Source: Octopus vulgaris (taxonomy: Eukaryota). Taken from it: 64,000 bases of DNA. Shown here in pieces: positions 41,761 to 57,844 of the stretch. The notes under the pieces are model-generated. The model was not told the origin of the DNA. It ran no database searches and saw only the letters and a program-made list of their open reading frames with translations. The DNA lies in assembly GCA_951406725.2 (NCBI GenBank), contig OX597826.1, forward strand, positions 54,374,001 through 54,438,000, written 5' to 3'. The translations under genes were made by a program, and so were the position numbers. The first letter of the stretch is position 1; each line of letters starts with the position of its first letter.

Positions 41761-41954
41761 ATTATTGTAACAACAGTGAAAAAAATATCAATGTTAATTT
41801 ATTGATACATTTGGGAAAGTCTATGTCTGTATTATCAGACATTGCACAGAAATGTTAAAAAAAAAAATTAAAAATTCTGCAAAATCCGGTACAAATTCTT
41901 TATTGTTCAAAACGTTGCTTATTTTTTTTTACCCAAACTGATGCTTGAAATTTA

Positions 41955-42090
41955 TAGAAAACCAATAGACGAAGATAGGTGTATCAACAACAAGTATCAG
42001 TTTGACGCTTGGGAAAATGAAAAATATTTTTTGTTTCAAACCTATGCCCTTCAACAGAAAGGAATAAGAGAAAATAAGCGGAGAGAATTA
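41955..42090 (-). mobile_element. PLE-type terminal repeat with decayed HHR-like core
   Basis: Minus CTGTTGAAGGGCATAGGTTTGAAAC; homologous to 49060-49200. Confidence 0.45.
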
Positions 42091-42142
42091 TATATATACA
42101 TATAATCTCTAGCAACTGTATCGAATTAAGCAAACTCGCATA

Positions 42143-42410
42143 TACAGGGTTTGTTCAAAATAATGCAAACACCTTAAAAGTTCAAGCAAATTTCATCTTA
42201 ATATGGGGTAGGACCGCCTTTGGCAGTAATTACAGCTTGAATTCTACGAGGTATAGATTCTTACAAAGTTTGAATTGTTTCCAAAGGAATTTTTGTCCAT
42301 TGTTCAGCTAAAACGGCCTCTAGTCCTTGTAGTGATGATGGTGGAGGATATCGACTCCTTACTTGTTTTTCTAAAATGCTCCATAAATGTTAGATATTAT
42401 TGAGATGTTT
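42143..42410 (-). mobile_element. Tc1-like transposon 3' end
   Basis: TA-CAGGG end; minus translation HLWSILEKQVRSRYPPPSSLQGLEAVLAEQWTKIPLETIQTL*ESIPRRIQAVITAKGGPTPY*. Confidence 0.88.
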
Positions 42411-43134
42411 AACAGTAAGAAGGAGGCAGTCCGGATCAAATGCTTCTTTTGGCTGTCTCCACACTTATACTCGGTCATTGGTCGGAAATAAGGTAAATCC
42501 GAGAAAATAACATTCTTCCACTGCTCTAGGGACCAATGGTGGTCTATTGTACTGGGTTTGTTAAAGTTTAGGGATAGTAGCTATAGAATGATTGGGGGGT
42601 GACATTTTGAGAAAAGGTATGACAATTATTTGAGGAGGAAAAGTGCCTAGTTCAGTGGCAGAGGGCCATTACAAAGGTATTTAGAAAGGTATGAGAGAAG
42701 ATAGAGGGTGTGGACAGAGTACGGTGAGTTGGCAGTTAAGATAGCAGTGGTTAGTGGAATAAGGAATATGGATTAGTATTGGAGGGTGAGTACAGAGGTG
42801 TGCTGAGGTGTATGAAATTGAATTGAAGGAGGTAAATAGAGAGGGAGAGGGATTGACAGGTTACTATCTAAATGAGTGGGGTAGTATTAAGTGTCTTTGG
42901 TTGAAGAAGAGAAATGCGAGAAGGGAAGGAATATGACATTTGAGGGTGGGGAGGTTTATGAAGGGGCGAGATATAGTGGGTTAGAGGAACTTGCAACGAT
43001 AACAATGAGAAAGAATACTTTAATAAGAACGGTAGTATTAGTTGACCTTAGGCTGACCTTAACGTACCTCAAGGTTAACTTTAGTTACGGATACTTATAA
43101 TTATGGAATTATATTGATTTAATAAAATGGGCAA

Positions 43135-43400
43135 ATGATGAGTAGAACTTGTGTTTACAAGACAGTATTACATCTCAGAAACTATTAGGTAATGAAAGGT
43201 TGTGGTGGCGAAGGGTGGTCAGCGATTCTCTTAATCATAATTTACACATACCGATGTTTGTGTTGTATGGGGGTGCCTCAATTATGATGAACCAGGATAG
43301 GGTAGACGGAGCATTTTGAAATTTGAGTTTGTGTAATAAGTTGTTAAGGAGGTAGATAATTTAGAATTTGAATTGAAGAAAGAGTTCATGTGTGCACGGT
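43135..43400 (-). mobile_element. Penelope-like GIY-YIG endonuclease C-terminal remnant
   Basis: Minus translation SWFIIIEAPPYNTNIGMCKL*LRESLTTLRHHNLSLPNS..ILSCKHK matches PLE W.I...A..Y....C.LCL.E..I....LN....SCRH. Confidence 0.7.
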
Positions 43401-43485
43401 AGCGGCGCTTTGATGTTTAATTTATTTAATATATTTGATGTGTCTAATTTGTTTACCTGCATAATTACCTCTCTCTCTGTCTCTC

Positions 43486-43524
<39 letters not shown>

Positions 43525-43565
43525 ATATATATATATACATACATACACAAATATATATATATGCA

Positions 43566-43644
<79 letters not shown>

Positions 43645-43873
43645 ATATGTATACACATATGTGTGTGCATGCGTATGTCTATGTGTGTATACACTCTGCT
43701 GGAAATCAAACATGAAGAGAGAGAGAGAGAGAGAGAGAGAGGGGAGGGAGAGATAGCGACAGAGAATACGTTTGTTTGCATTTTACCACCTCAGCGACGA
43801 ATTACTGCGTAGTAAAAAATGAATCAAATATAAAATATTTAAAATAAAATCAAAATTAAACAATATGTTTCAC

Positions 43874-44031
43874 CTTGTACATCAATGCAGATACAGCAGA
43901 AAATGGAGACTGTTTTGTGCATAATTAAATAATTAATTTGAATAAAACACCAGTAAAACACTGTTTATGCAACTCGATATAATCCGCTGTGCGCAATCAC
44001 TGTATTTAGTGATTACGTTTGGAACTGAAGG
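43874..44031 (-). other. Candidate spliceosomal exon (158 nt)
   Basis: Minus acceptor TTGCTTTCATTTATTCTTTGCAG| and donor AAG|GTGAAA in non-repetitive sequence; no homology evidence. Confidence 0.3.
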
Positions 44032-44316
44032 CTGCAAAGAATAAATGAAAGCAAACTGAATGATTGAGAGTACAAACCAAATCACAAAAGTTTTTGGGAA
44101 ATTTCTAAGATGCTACGATTTTGTACAAATGCACCCACGCATACACACGGGTTCGCACACACATATACATATATATAAAAATTAAAAGAACATATATTTG
44201 TGTGAAGCTGCTACGCATATATACAGGTGTGGAAAATTGTAGAGTTGTACAGAGTTTCATAAGAAAGGCTGTATTTAAACCAGATGACGACGAAGATCTA
44301 TCCATCTATCTATCTA

Positions 44317-44357
<41 letters not shown>

Positions 44358-44379
44358 AAGCATGTATATGTACATAAGG

Positions 44380-44745
44380 AGGGGATTTGTTTTGGTGGAT
44401 GATGTTGTATGCTTCCATGTTCCTCGGATTGTGTGTTGATACGTAAAATAAAGTTTTAAGTGTGTCATGGTGTTTTCTATGTCTATCATTTTTGCACGTT
44501 CTGTTCCGTTTTTGAGTAGACTAGTCGGGTATTTTCTATTTAGTAACGTGTTTTAAAGTTCTTGGAGTCGCTTTTCTCAGGTTTCGGGATTTGGATACAT
44601 TCATGCAAATTCTTGCTAAGTTGAACGGTATATTTATTTTAGTATATTTTGGGTGGCAGGAGGAGGAAGATATTGTTTTGAGTCCGTTGGTTTGAAGAAG
44701 ATGTCGGTTTCGATTTCAGCATCTCATTTTATGATCAAGATGTCC
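44380..44745 (-). mobile_element. Penelope-like RT C-terminal remnant
   Basis: Minus translation DILIIK*DAEIETDIFFKPTDSKQYL / SCHPKYTKINIPFNLARICMNVS is the PLE RT motif 7 plus thumb signature. Confidence 0.8.
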
Positions 44746-44771
44746 ATATATATATCTTTATATATATAAAT

Positions 44772-44806
<35 letters not shown>

Positions 44807-45359
44807 ACCCCCTAACACACATGTAAACAAACGAAAGAAAGGACCACTTGATTTGCGTTACATACTATATTATATGCCTTTAGAAAGGGCATACAGCCGT
44901 AGAAACCGAACCAAATCAGACTGCAAACTGGTGTAGCTCTCTGTTTTGCCAGGTCTGATTAAACCGTCAGGTTTTCCTAAACTGGGAGAAAACAGCTAAT
45001 TGATGTTTTTTGAAGAGCATGCTCTTTATAACTAATCATTCCCAGAATGCATCTATCCAAGAAATTGTTAAATAAATGTATCTCTTATGATAAATCTGAT
45101 GATAAAACTCAGACAAGAAACTCCGTATATCAAAAGGGACTATACGATACACATACATACATACATACATACATACATACATACATACATACATACATAC
45201 ATACATACATACATACATACGTACGTACGTACGTACATGCATATATAAATATGTCTTTATATATATGAATATATGTTGCATAAATATACAAATGTTCGTA
45301 TATGCACAACGTATGCACGCACACACACACAGGCATTTATATTTATATGTGTATGTGTG

Positions 45360-45526
<167 letters not shown>

Positions 45527-46258
45527 TACAGAGAGACAGAGGGAGAAAGAGAGAACAAGAGAGAGAAACACAGAAATACACAAACAATTCAAAACCTACT
45601 TACATATGTACACACTAAACACACACCGAAAAAATGTATCATTCTACTCTATTTCTTTTCATGTATTTAACTTTCATTTATGATGCATGATGTTTATTTG
45701 TATGAGTATATAGATCTCTGTATATATACACACACATATACATACATATCTATGCAAATACATACACACACATATATATATATATATACGTGTCTCTCTC
45801 TCTATATATATATATTCATATATATATATGTATATATATATGCATATATGAATATATGTATATATATATATATATATATACAAATATATATATATATATA
45901 TATACGCGCGCATACATACACACATATATAAATGAATATGTGTGCACGTATGTGTTTGCTTGTCCCCCCCCCTGTATGCATATTTAACAGATATTGGGAG
46001 ATACATATATGCGCATGCACATCCACACATTCACCCAGTCTAAACATACTCAGCCACAGAGAAATACACTTAATTAGAAAAACTGTTGTGCTGTTACATA
46101 ATTCATGGAATTCTTCAGAATATGCCAAACCTCCATGATACCATAATGTGTCAGATTCTGTTAATTGTGCAGGGCGGTTGATTGTAGTTAGATGGGCGGA
46201 ACAAGGAGGAGTGAACGACAGTTGGGTAATAGATGAGGTGTGGTGTGGCGGATATATT

Positions 46259-46352
<94 letters not shown>

Positions 46353-46615
46353 CATATATATATATATACATATATCTATATATCTACATACACATATCTA
46401 TATCTATATCTATATATATACATATACATACATACATACATACATACATACATGCATACATATATATATATATATATATGTATTTAATGGGGAGCGCTAT
46501 ATGTCACGGAAATGTTAGGCAGAAAGTGCGAGAAGTGACGAGAAGGGAGCAAAGAGTGACGGCGTGGTGTATGGGTGAAGAAAGCTCTGCATTTATAATG
46601 TAGGCATCTGTAAAA

Positions 46616-46647
<32 letters not shown>

Positions 46648-46650
<3 letters not shown>

Positions 46651-46812
46651 CGCAAGTGTGGCTGTGTGGTAAGAAGCTTGCTTCCCAGCCACATAGTCCT
46701 GGGTTCAGTCCTACTGCGCACACCTTGGGCAGGTGTCTTCTGCTAAAGCCCCGGGACGACCAAAGCCTCGAAAGTGGATTTGGTAGACGGAAACTGAAAG
46801 ACGCCCGTCGTA
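46648..46812 (+). mobile_element. SINE family B head
   Basis: GGCGCAAGTGTGGCTGTGTGGTAAG...GGAAACTGAAAGACGCCCGTCG. Confidence 0.8.
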
Positions 46813-46844
46813 TATATATGTATATATATATATATAAACACACA

Positions 46845-46908
<64 letters not shown>

Positions 46909-47093
46909 AGCAATTAAGGGTTTAGCAACGAATTGCCTTACCACACACCGAATTTAGAAATAGCAGTCAAAGAGATTATAGCTATTTCTTCTACTAAAAG
47001 GGAGATCACAGTAAAGGCACAGCATTTGAAAGGCAAACACAAACAGGTAAAAGAGAATGAATTAACGGCAATCTATCATACAGTTTTAAGTCA

Positions 47094-47186
47094 CCTACGG
47101 ACGTACGTTTCGAGATCAAGTCTTAGGAAAGCATAAGAATTAGATAACTCTACTTTACCCAGACTTCTTCTTTCATCAGCGCTAGG
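47094..47186 (-). ncRNA. Type I hammerhead ribozyme motif, copy 1
   Basis: CCUAGCG-CUGAUGA-[long stem II: AAGUCU/AGACUU, AAAGUA/UGCUUU]-GAAAC-GUAC-GUC^CGUAGG. Confidence 0.75.
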
Positions 47187-47681
47187 ATACAAACAATCAT
47201 GAATGATTGAATATTGAATTTTGAGATACTAGAAGGCACCAACTCAACTCAGTATCAGAGCGAGCTAGAAGCCACAGCTAGTATCACCAAATTCAAAGTA
47301 TGAATGAAAGCTTGTGTCACCAGTCCCTTCCCACCCGCGTGTAGCCAAGTCAAAGTGCTGTGGTCATTTACTGGGATGAATATGGTTTATGAGTAACAAT
47401 GAAGGGTGAAATTAATTAATTTGGAACAATTATCAATTACACCAAGTAGTCTTCGGCATGTAAAAGCCTCATTCGAGGAAAATTTAAGTAATACTAAGCA
47501 ATTAAGGGTTTAGCAACGAATTGCCTTACCACACACCGAATTTAGAAATAGCAGTCAAAGAGATTATAGCTATTTCTTCTACTAAAAGGGAGATCACAGT
47601 AAAGGCACAGCATTTGAAAGGCAAACACAAACAGGTAAAAGAGAATGAATTAACGGCAATCTATCATACAGTTTTAAGTCA

Positions 47682-47773
47682 CCTACGGACGTACTTTTCG
47701 AGATCAAGTCTTAGGAAAGCATAAGAATTAGATAACTCTACTTTACCCAGACTTCTTCTTTCATCAGCGCAGG
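47682..47773 (-). ncRNA. Type I hammerhead ribozyme motif, copy 2 (stem III C-to-A change)
   Basis: CCUGCG-CUGAUGA-...-GAAAA-GUAC-GUC^CGUAGG. Confidence 0.6.
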
Positions 47774-48215
47774 ATACAAACAATCATGAATGATTGAATA
47801 TTGAATTTTGAGATACTAGAAGGCACCAACTCAACTCAGTATCAGAGCGAGCTAGAAGCCACAGCTAGTATCACCAAATTCAAAGTATGAATGAAAGCTT
47901 GTGTCACCAGTCCCTTCCCACCCGCGTGTAGCCAAGTCAAAGTGCTGTGGTCATTTACTGGGATGAATATGTACCTGTTTGTGTTTGCCTTTCAAATGCT
48001 GTGCCTTTACTGTGATCTCCCTTTTAGTAGAAGAAATAGCTATAATCTCTTTCACTGCTATTTCTAAATTCGGTGTGTGGTAAGGCAATTCGTTGCTAAA
48101 CCCTTAATTGCTTAGTATTACTTAAATTTTCCTCGAATGAGGCTTTTACATGCCGAAGACTACTTGGTGTAATTGATAATTGTTCCAAATTAATTAATTT
48201 CACCCTTCATTGTTA

Positions 48216-48266
<51 letters not shown>

Positions 48267-48352
48267 GCGTGCAGACATAATTATATATTCGTATCAATAT
48301 GCGTGATTGTGTATATGGATGACTTGGGTATGCTTAAAACAGTGAGAGAGAA

Positions 48353-48393
<41 letters not shown>

Positions 48394-49059
48394 AGGAGGG
48401 AGATAGAGGGAGAGTAGAGTAGGAAAATGTATCAACCAAAATAGGAAAAGTTAAAGAGCAGAAGGAAAAATTAGGAGATAAGTAGGAAATGATAAGATAA
48501 ACGAAAAGATTATTAATAAATGGTAAGAAATACGAAATAATCTGCTGAAGAACAGAGAATATGCAATAAAGGAAAAGTGTGATGAGGAGGTGAAGAGAAA
48601 GGGGAGCGTTTTGAAGATGATGTAGAGGCGTACGAAAAGGGGTTAATTTCATATATAGACATAGTAACGCTTTTGAAAATGGAGTCGGGGTCAGCTAATG
48701 AAGAAGGACATTATAGAGCACGCATGGGCAACATTTTGCGAGAAGTAGACAACGTAAAGATCAGATCATCAGGCGGGTTGCACAAATAACATATAACAAA
48801 AATGAAGATGAGAATTTTCGTTGACTGCCATTCTGAACGTCCCACGGAGCGGTAGTTTGCCCATAAGCGTAACTGAAGGTAGAAAATGAAAAGGGAACCG
48901 GACTTATTGAAGGTAAGAGGGGCTGAAGAAATAAAGAAGAGAATTAGAAAAATACAAGTGGAAATTAGAGAGGGAGAGAGAGAGAGTGAGAGAGGTGGGT
49001 AGAGAGAAAGAGGGAGAGAGGGAGAGATGTATGTGCGTATATAAATATATATTTCTCTC

Positions 49060-49200
49060 TCCATTTTTCTCCTCTCATTCATGTCTGTCGAAGAGCGTAG
49101 GCTCGAAATGTCAAAGACTTTTCCACTCTTCCCGAATGTCAAACTAATACACCTGCTTGTTGTTTCCTTACCAGTCTTGTTCGTCTATTGTTTTCTGTAA
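49060..49200 (+). mobile_element. PLE-type terminal repeat with degenerate minimal HHR
   Basis: CTGTCGA-A-GAGC-GTAG-GCTC-GAAA-TGTC-AAAGAC at 49085-49118. Confidence 0.5.
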
Positions 49201-49205
49201 ATTTG

Positions 49206-49254
<49 letters not shown>

Positions 49255-49816
49255 GATGTACAGGGATGGTGGGGTTGGAATGTGTAGGGGGTGGGGTAAC
49301 GAGGGAGGGTTGACGAAGGGAAAGGGTGGAAGGGAGAAGGTGGGTAGGAGTGAAGAGAGGATGTGGGTGTCAGAGCAAGAGAGGAGAGGTTGGTTGGAGG
49401 AAGTAGGTGTGAGAGGAAGAGAGAAGAGAGGAGGATGGTTAAATGAAGAGGGGAGGAGAGTTGAGCCGATGTGGCGCTAAGAAGCGAAGAGAGAAGATTA
49501 ATCCCTGTTCACGGTGAAGACGGGAGTCCGGATGGCCCCTGTGCAAGGACAATCCGAACACAGACAGGGTTGGGAGGTTGGGTTAGAGAAGAAGTCTTGG
49601 ACCAAGAGGTCTCGTAGCTTGACCGTATATCACTTCTGTTCCGCAATCTATCAAAAAAAGAAAAGAAAATCAGATCGTGTCGTAGGTTAACCTGATGTCA
49701 GCCGAACTCTTGAGCTGTATTATGCTTAATTTCACCCGGGACCCTATCGAAACAGTACTCATTTACCCAAAACCAAGAAGTTTTCAGCACCCTATCGGGT
49801 ATATATATATATGTAT

Positions 49817-49847
<31 letters not shown>

Positions 49848-50199
49848 TATGTATGCAGTTATGTATGTACACACACGCATATTTCTATTCTTGTACATAT
49901 AGAAAAGAAAATACTCCTTAGTGCAAATTAATATAAGGGCCTTTGGACAAGCCAAATTTTCAGCCATCTGGCTTTTTTTGTCCAATAAAGCTAACCTTCA
50001 TAATGGCAGTTTTTCCAGTAACACGCTGTTAGAACTACACGCATGAATCGAATTTGAAAGATCACAGACGTATTTTGCGTAATGCAGTAGCGTGAGTCAT
50101 CTGTTTGGTTATAAATAAACACTCACCAGAATGGACTGAACTGGATGCCAATATATTTTGTATGTGTACACACAAAAGCGTGTGTGTATATATACATAC

Positions 50200-50264
<65 letters not shown>

Positions 50265-50274
50265 CATACGTACA

Positions 50275-50313
<39 letters not shown>

Positions 50314-50314
50314 G

Positions 50315-50896
50315 AGTAGCCATAGCCGTATGTTTAAGAAACTCGCTTTGCAACCGTGCGTTTTTCGGATTCAGTTCAGTCCCGCTGCACGGCACCTTGT
50401 GAAAAAAAGTGTCTTCCACTATAACCCCGGGCCGACTAATGAGTTACGAGTAGATTTGGTAGACGGAAACTGGATAGAAGCCAGTCGTATATACTCAACG
50501 TTTTACTTGTTTCAGTCATTTGACTGGCCATGCTGGAGCAACACCTTTAGTCGAGCAAATCTACCCCAGGAGTTATTCTTTGTAAGCCTAGTACTCATTC
50601 TATGGGTCTCTTTTGCCGAACCGCTAAGTTACGGGGGCGTAAACGGATCAGATTCGGTTGTCAAGCGATGGTGTGCGGACAAACACGGACACACAACCCC
50701 ACCCCTCGCATACACATATACGACGGGCTTCTTTCAGTGTCTATCTACCGAATCCACTCACAAGGCTTTGGTCGGCCCGAGGCTATAGTTGAAGACACTC
50801 ACCCAAGGTGCCACGCAGTAGGACTGAACCCGGAACCATTGGTTGGTTAGCAAGCTACTTACCAGACAGCCACTCCTGCGCTTGTATATACATACA

Positions 50897-50932
<36 letters not shown>

Positions 50933-51192
50933 CACATATATGTATGTATATCTGTGTATCTATCGTGAAATTAACGTGTAAGTGGCTGAGCACTCCACAC
51001 ACACATACAGACATACACACGCAGCCACTCCTGTGCGTATACATCCCCGTAACTTAGCGGTTTGGCAAACGAACCCGGTAGAAGACTTACTAAGCTTACA
51101 AAGAATAAGTCTTAGGGTAATTTGCTCGACTAAAACCCTTAAACGTGGTGCTCCAGCATAGCCGCAGTCAAATGACTGAAACAAGTAAAAGA
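50315..51192. mobile_element. SINE family B pieces: head (+) 50315-50490, full copy (-) 50500-50880, tail (+) 51040-51192
   Basis: Similarity to 36134-36545. Confidence 0.8.
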
Positions 51193-51207
51193 ATCTATCT
51201 ATCTATC

Positions 51208-52826
51208 TGGTGACAAGAGCGAAAATTAACCGGGAAAAGTCAGTGGGCTTGTGGCTCGGCACCTGGAGAAGCAAGCCCATGCCGTCCACCAGCATCTCCG
51301 TCGTGGGACGCTGGACGGACGGCCCGGTTGAGTTGCTCGGGGTCTGGTTCGGTCGGGACCTCCAAATGGAGAAGAACTGGAAAGAGATAACGAGTAGGGT
51401 GGTCACTCTCGCCCGGCAATGGGCCGAGAGGAAACTGTCCCTAAAAGGTCGGGCGGAGGTGGCGAATACGTACATCGCGTCCATCATCTACTACCGCCTG
51501 ACCGTCGTACCTTCTCCCGACCCTACCATCACCAAACTAGAACGCATTCTCTTCCGCTTCTTGTGGAAAGGATCCGTCCAGATGGTCAGGCGATCCATTT
51601 GCTGTCAACATCCGTTAAAAGGAGGGCTGGGCATGCCGTGGTTGATGATGCGCAGACACGCGCTGAGAGTGCGACATCTCCGGCTCTATGTAGACGACGG
51701 TGAACAGGTGTGGTCGCCGTTTGTGAGGCACGCTTTCTCGCAGCTCGTCTCCATGACCGAACTGTAGTCGTGGATCAAAAAGAGGCCGAGGAAGGGCGAA
51801 TGGCACCGCGAGTGTCGCATTGCTCTCAAGCAACTCTGCCGTCCCGGGTCGACCTTGAATGACTTCAACACAACCAAAGCATTCTATAGGGGATTAGTGG
51901 AGGGGAGGTACGACGACGATCTTGGGGCAAACCTGGGCGTCGACGGGGAATACCTGACCCGCCTGTTTGAAACGACTTTCGGGCCGAACCTATGGACAAC
52001 TTCCAGAGATCCCTGGCCTGGCGGTGCTACCGAGAAGTGCTACCCGTTCGGGATAAGCTCTATAGGCATGGCTCGAGAAATACGGGGCCGACCTACACGA
52101 GATGCGGGCAGAGCGACGAAACCGTTCTGCACGCAATCGTGCAGTGTCCAACAATCTCCGACCTGTGGGCTTATGTCGAACGACTGCTGTCACGTGTGGG
52201 ACGTGTCGGTTTATCAGCCGAGTCTATCATTAATATCGTCTCGCCTTCTTCCTTCAAACGGGAAGGAAGAGCTATTTTTATAATACTTGTGGCTATGGCG
52301 AAAGAATGTATCTGGTGGACGCGCCTGAAAGGATTAGAGACAAACACTTTCCTCTCTGGTCAATCTTTCATCAACTTCTTCAAGTATCACTTGAAGAGGA
52401 AAGTGAGAGTAGAGAGGCAAGTTTTGTCTAGTAAATGTTTTAAAAAAAGATGGGTGAATGTAGCAAGGATGGCACGTATGAATGACGAAGCCACCTTGAC
52501 TATGATCCTATGAACCGTAAAATTTAATACAGAGAGTTGCTTATTTGTAAAAAAAAAATAACATGTGACTTCATTGACCGAGGTTACCGTGGTCTTTTCC
52601 GTAGGCTTTTCTCTCCACGGGTAAACCTCACCTGTCCTTCCCTTTACACTTTATATTGACATTTCTGTGATAACGATCCCTATTCATCGATTTTTTCCTT
52701 TTCCTTTTATTTTTCATTCCCCTCCTTTTTAAAAAAAATTTTTTTTTTGCTTTCCTCTTTCTTTCCTTTTACGATCCCTTTTGATCGAAAACCAAACCCC
52801 CCTTTTTTATCCCCAAAAGAAAAGCT
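51208..52826 (+). mobile_element. 5'-truncated Tx1/L1-clade LINE (end of RT, zf-RVT-like domain, 3' UTR)
   Basis: AKINREKS, LGVWF, LSLKGRA, KGGLGMP, WRCYREVLPVRDKL..CGQSDETVLHAIVQCP; in-frame stop at 51765 and frameshift near 51985; pyrimidine-rich 3' UTR; (ATCT)n on both flanks. Confidence 0.9.
51210..52513 (+). pseudogene. LINE ORF2 C-terminal pseudogene
   Basis: ORFs 51210-51767, 51855-~51985 and 51992-52513 join through one stop and one frameshift. Confidence 0.85.
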
Positions 52827-52827
52827 C

Positions 52828-52924
<97 letters not shown>

Positions 52925-52929
52925 TTAAT

Positions 52930-53225
52930 GTAACGGAGGTTATCAATAAACTGTTATGTCAATTCTTATTATAGAAAAGCCCCCAAAATCAACTTCTGCT
53001 CATAAACTACATAAAAACACCTTTAAAAAGCGCCAAAGCTATAAAATCCGTTAACTTCAAGTCAATTGAAGTTAACGGAAGTTAATTCAAGTTGACTTGA
53101 GTTAACGGAAGTTAAATGTAACGGAAGTTAAGTAGTTCGATACTGATTTCCAAAGTTAACTTAAAAGTTAAATCGTTAACGAAAATGTTAAGTTCGTTAA
53201 TTAGCGAATAACGATTAACGGTTTG
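52930..53225. mobile_element. DNA-transposon-like subterminal repeat cluster (GTTAAC / TAACGGAAGTTAA)
   Basis: Many TAACG/GTTAAC motifs in both orientations. Confidence 0.4.
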
Positions 53226-53269
53226 ATGTCTAGGTTTGGTTTTTACAATATACGTATTTATAGGTACCA

Positions 53270-53510
53270 GAGTCCTTCCTGAGCCATAAGTTCATAAGGC
53301 TGGTTTCCGAGATTCTGTGGTGTGTATATTCCTCCCTGGATGGGACGCTGGTACGTTGCAGGATTACTCACTTTTATCAGCTGTGTGAACTGGGCAATAG
53401 GAAATGAAGTGTCTTGATCAAGAACACAATGCATTGCCCGGTTGAGGAAGCGAAACTGCAATCATGCAATCATACATGCAGCAGTCTAACCACTAACCCA
53501 CATTCCTCCA
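53270..53510 (-). mobile_element. Degenerate tRNA-like SINE
   Basis: Minus head GTGGAGGAATGTGGGGTTAGTGGTTAGACTGCTG; tail resembles SINE C. Confidence 0.55.
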
Positions 53511-53514
53511 CACG

Positions 53515-57680
<4,166 letters not shown>

Positions 57681-57844
57681 GATATATATTACCCGTCCAC
57701 ACTCGAGTACACACACAGAAGCATTCATATATACAAACGAAGCAAACGGAGCGTGATGTCGAGTTAAAATACAATACAAAACCAGATTAACATTAACGGC
57801 AACAACAATAGTAATAACAATAACAATACCGACAAAAATAATAA

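Larger units (their letters stand above)
46907..48217 (-). mobile_element. Non-coding retrozyme-like / Penelope pseudo-LTR element: 588-bp unit x ~1.8 plus a 246-bp inverted copy
   Basis: 46907-47384 is repeated at 47495-47971 (period 588, two differences seen); 47972-48217 is the reverse complement of 47392-47637; (TA)n on both flanks; HHR motif in each direct copy. Confidence 0.85.

Noticed and set aside
46933-47724. Duplicated 67-aa ORF (MPYHTPNLEIAV...) as a small gene pair
   Set aside because: Non-ATG start, antisense to the HHR strand, and simply a product of the 588-bp duplication.
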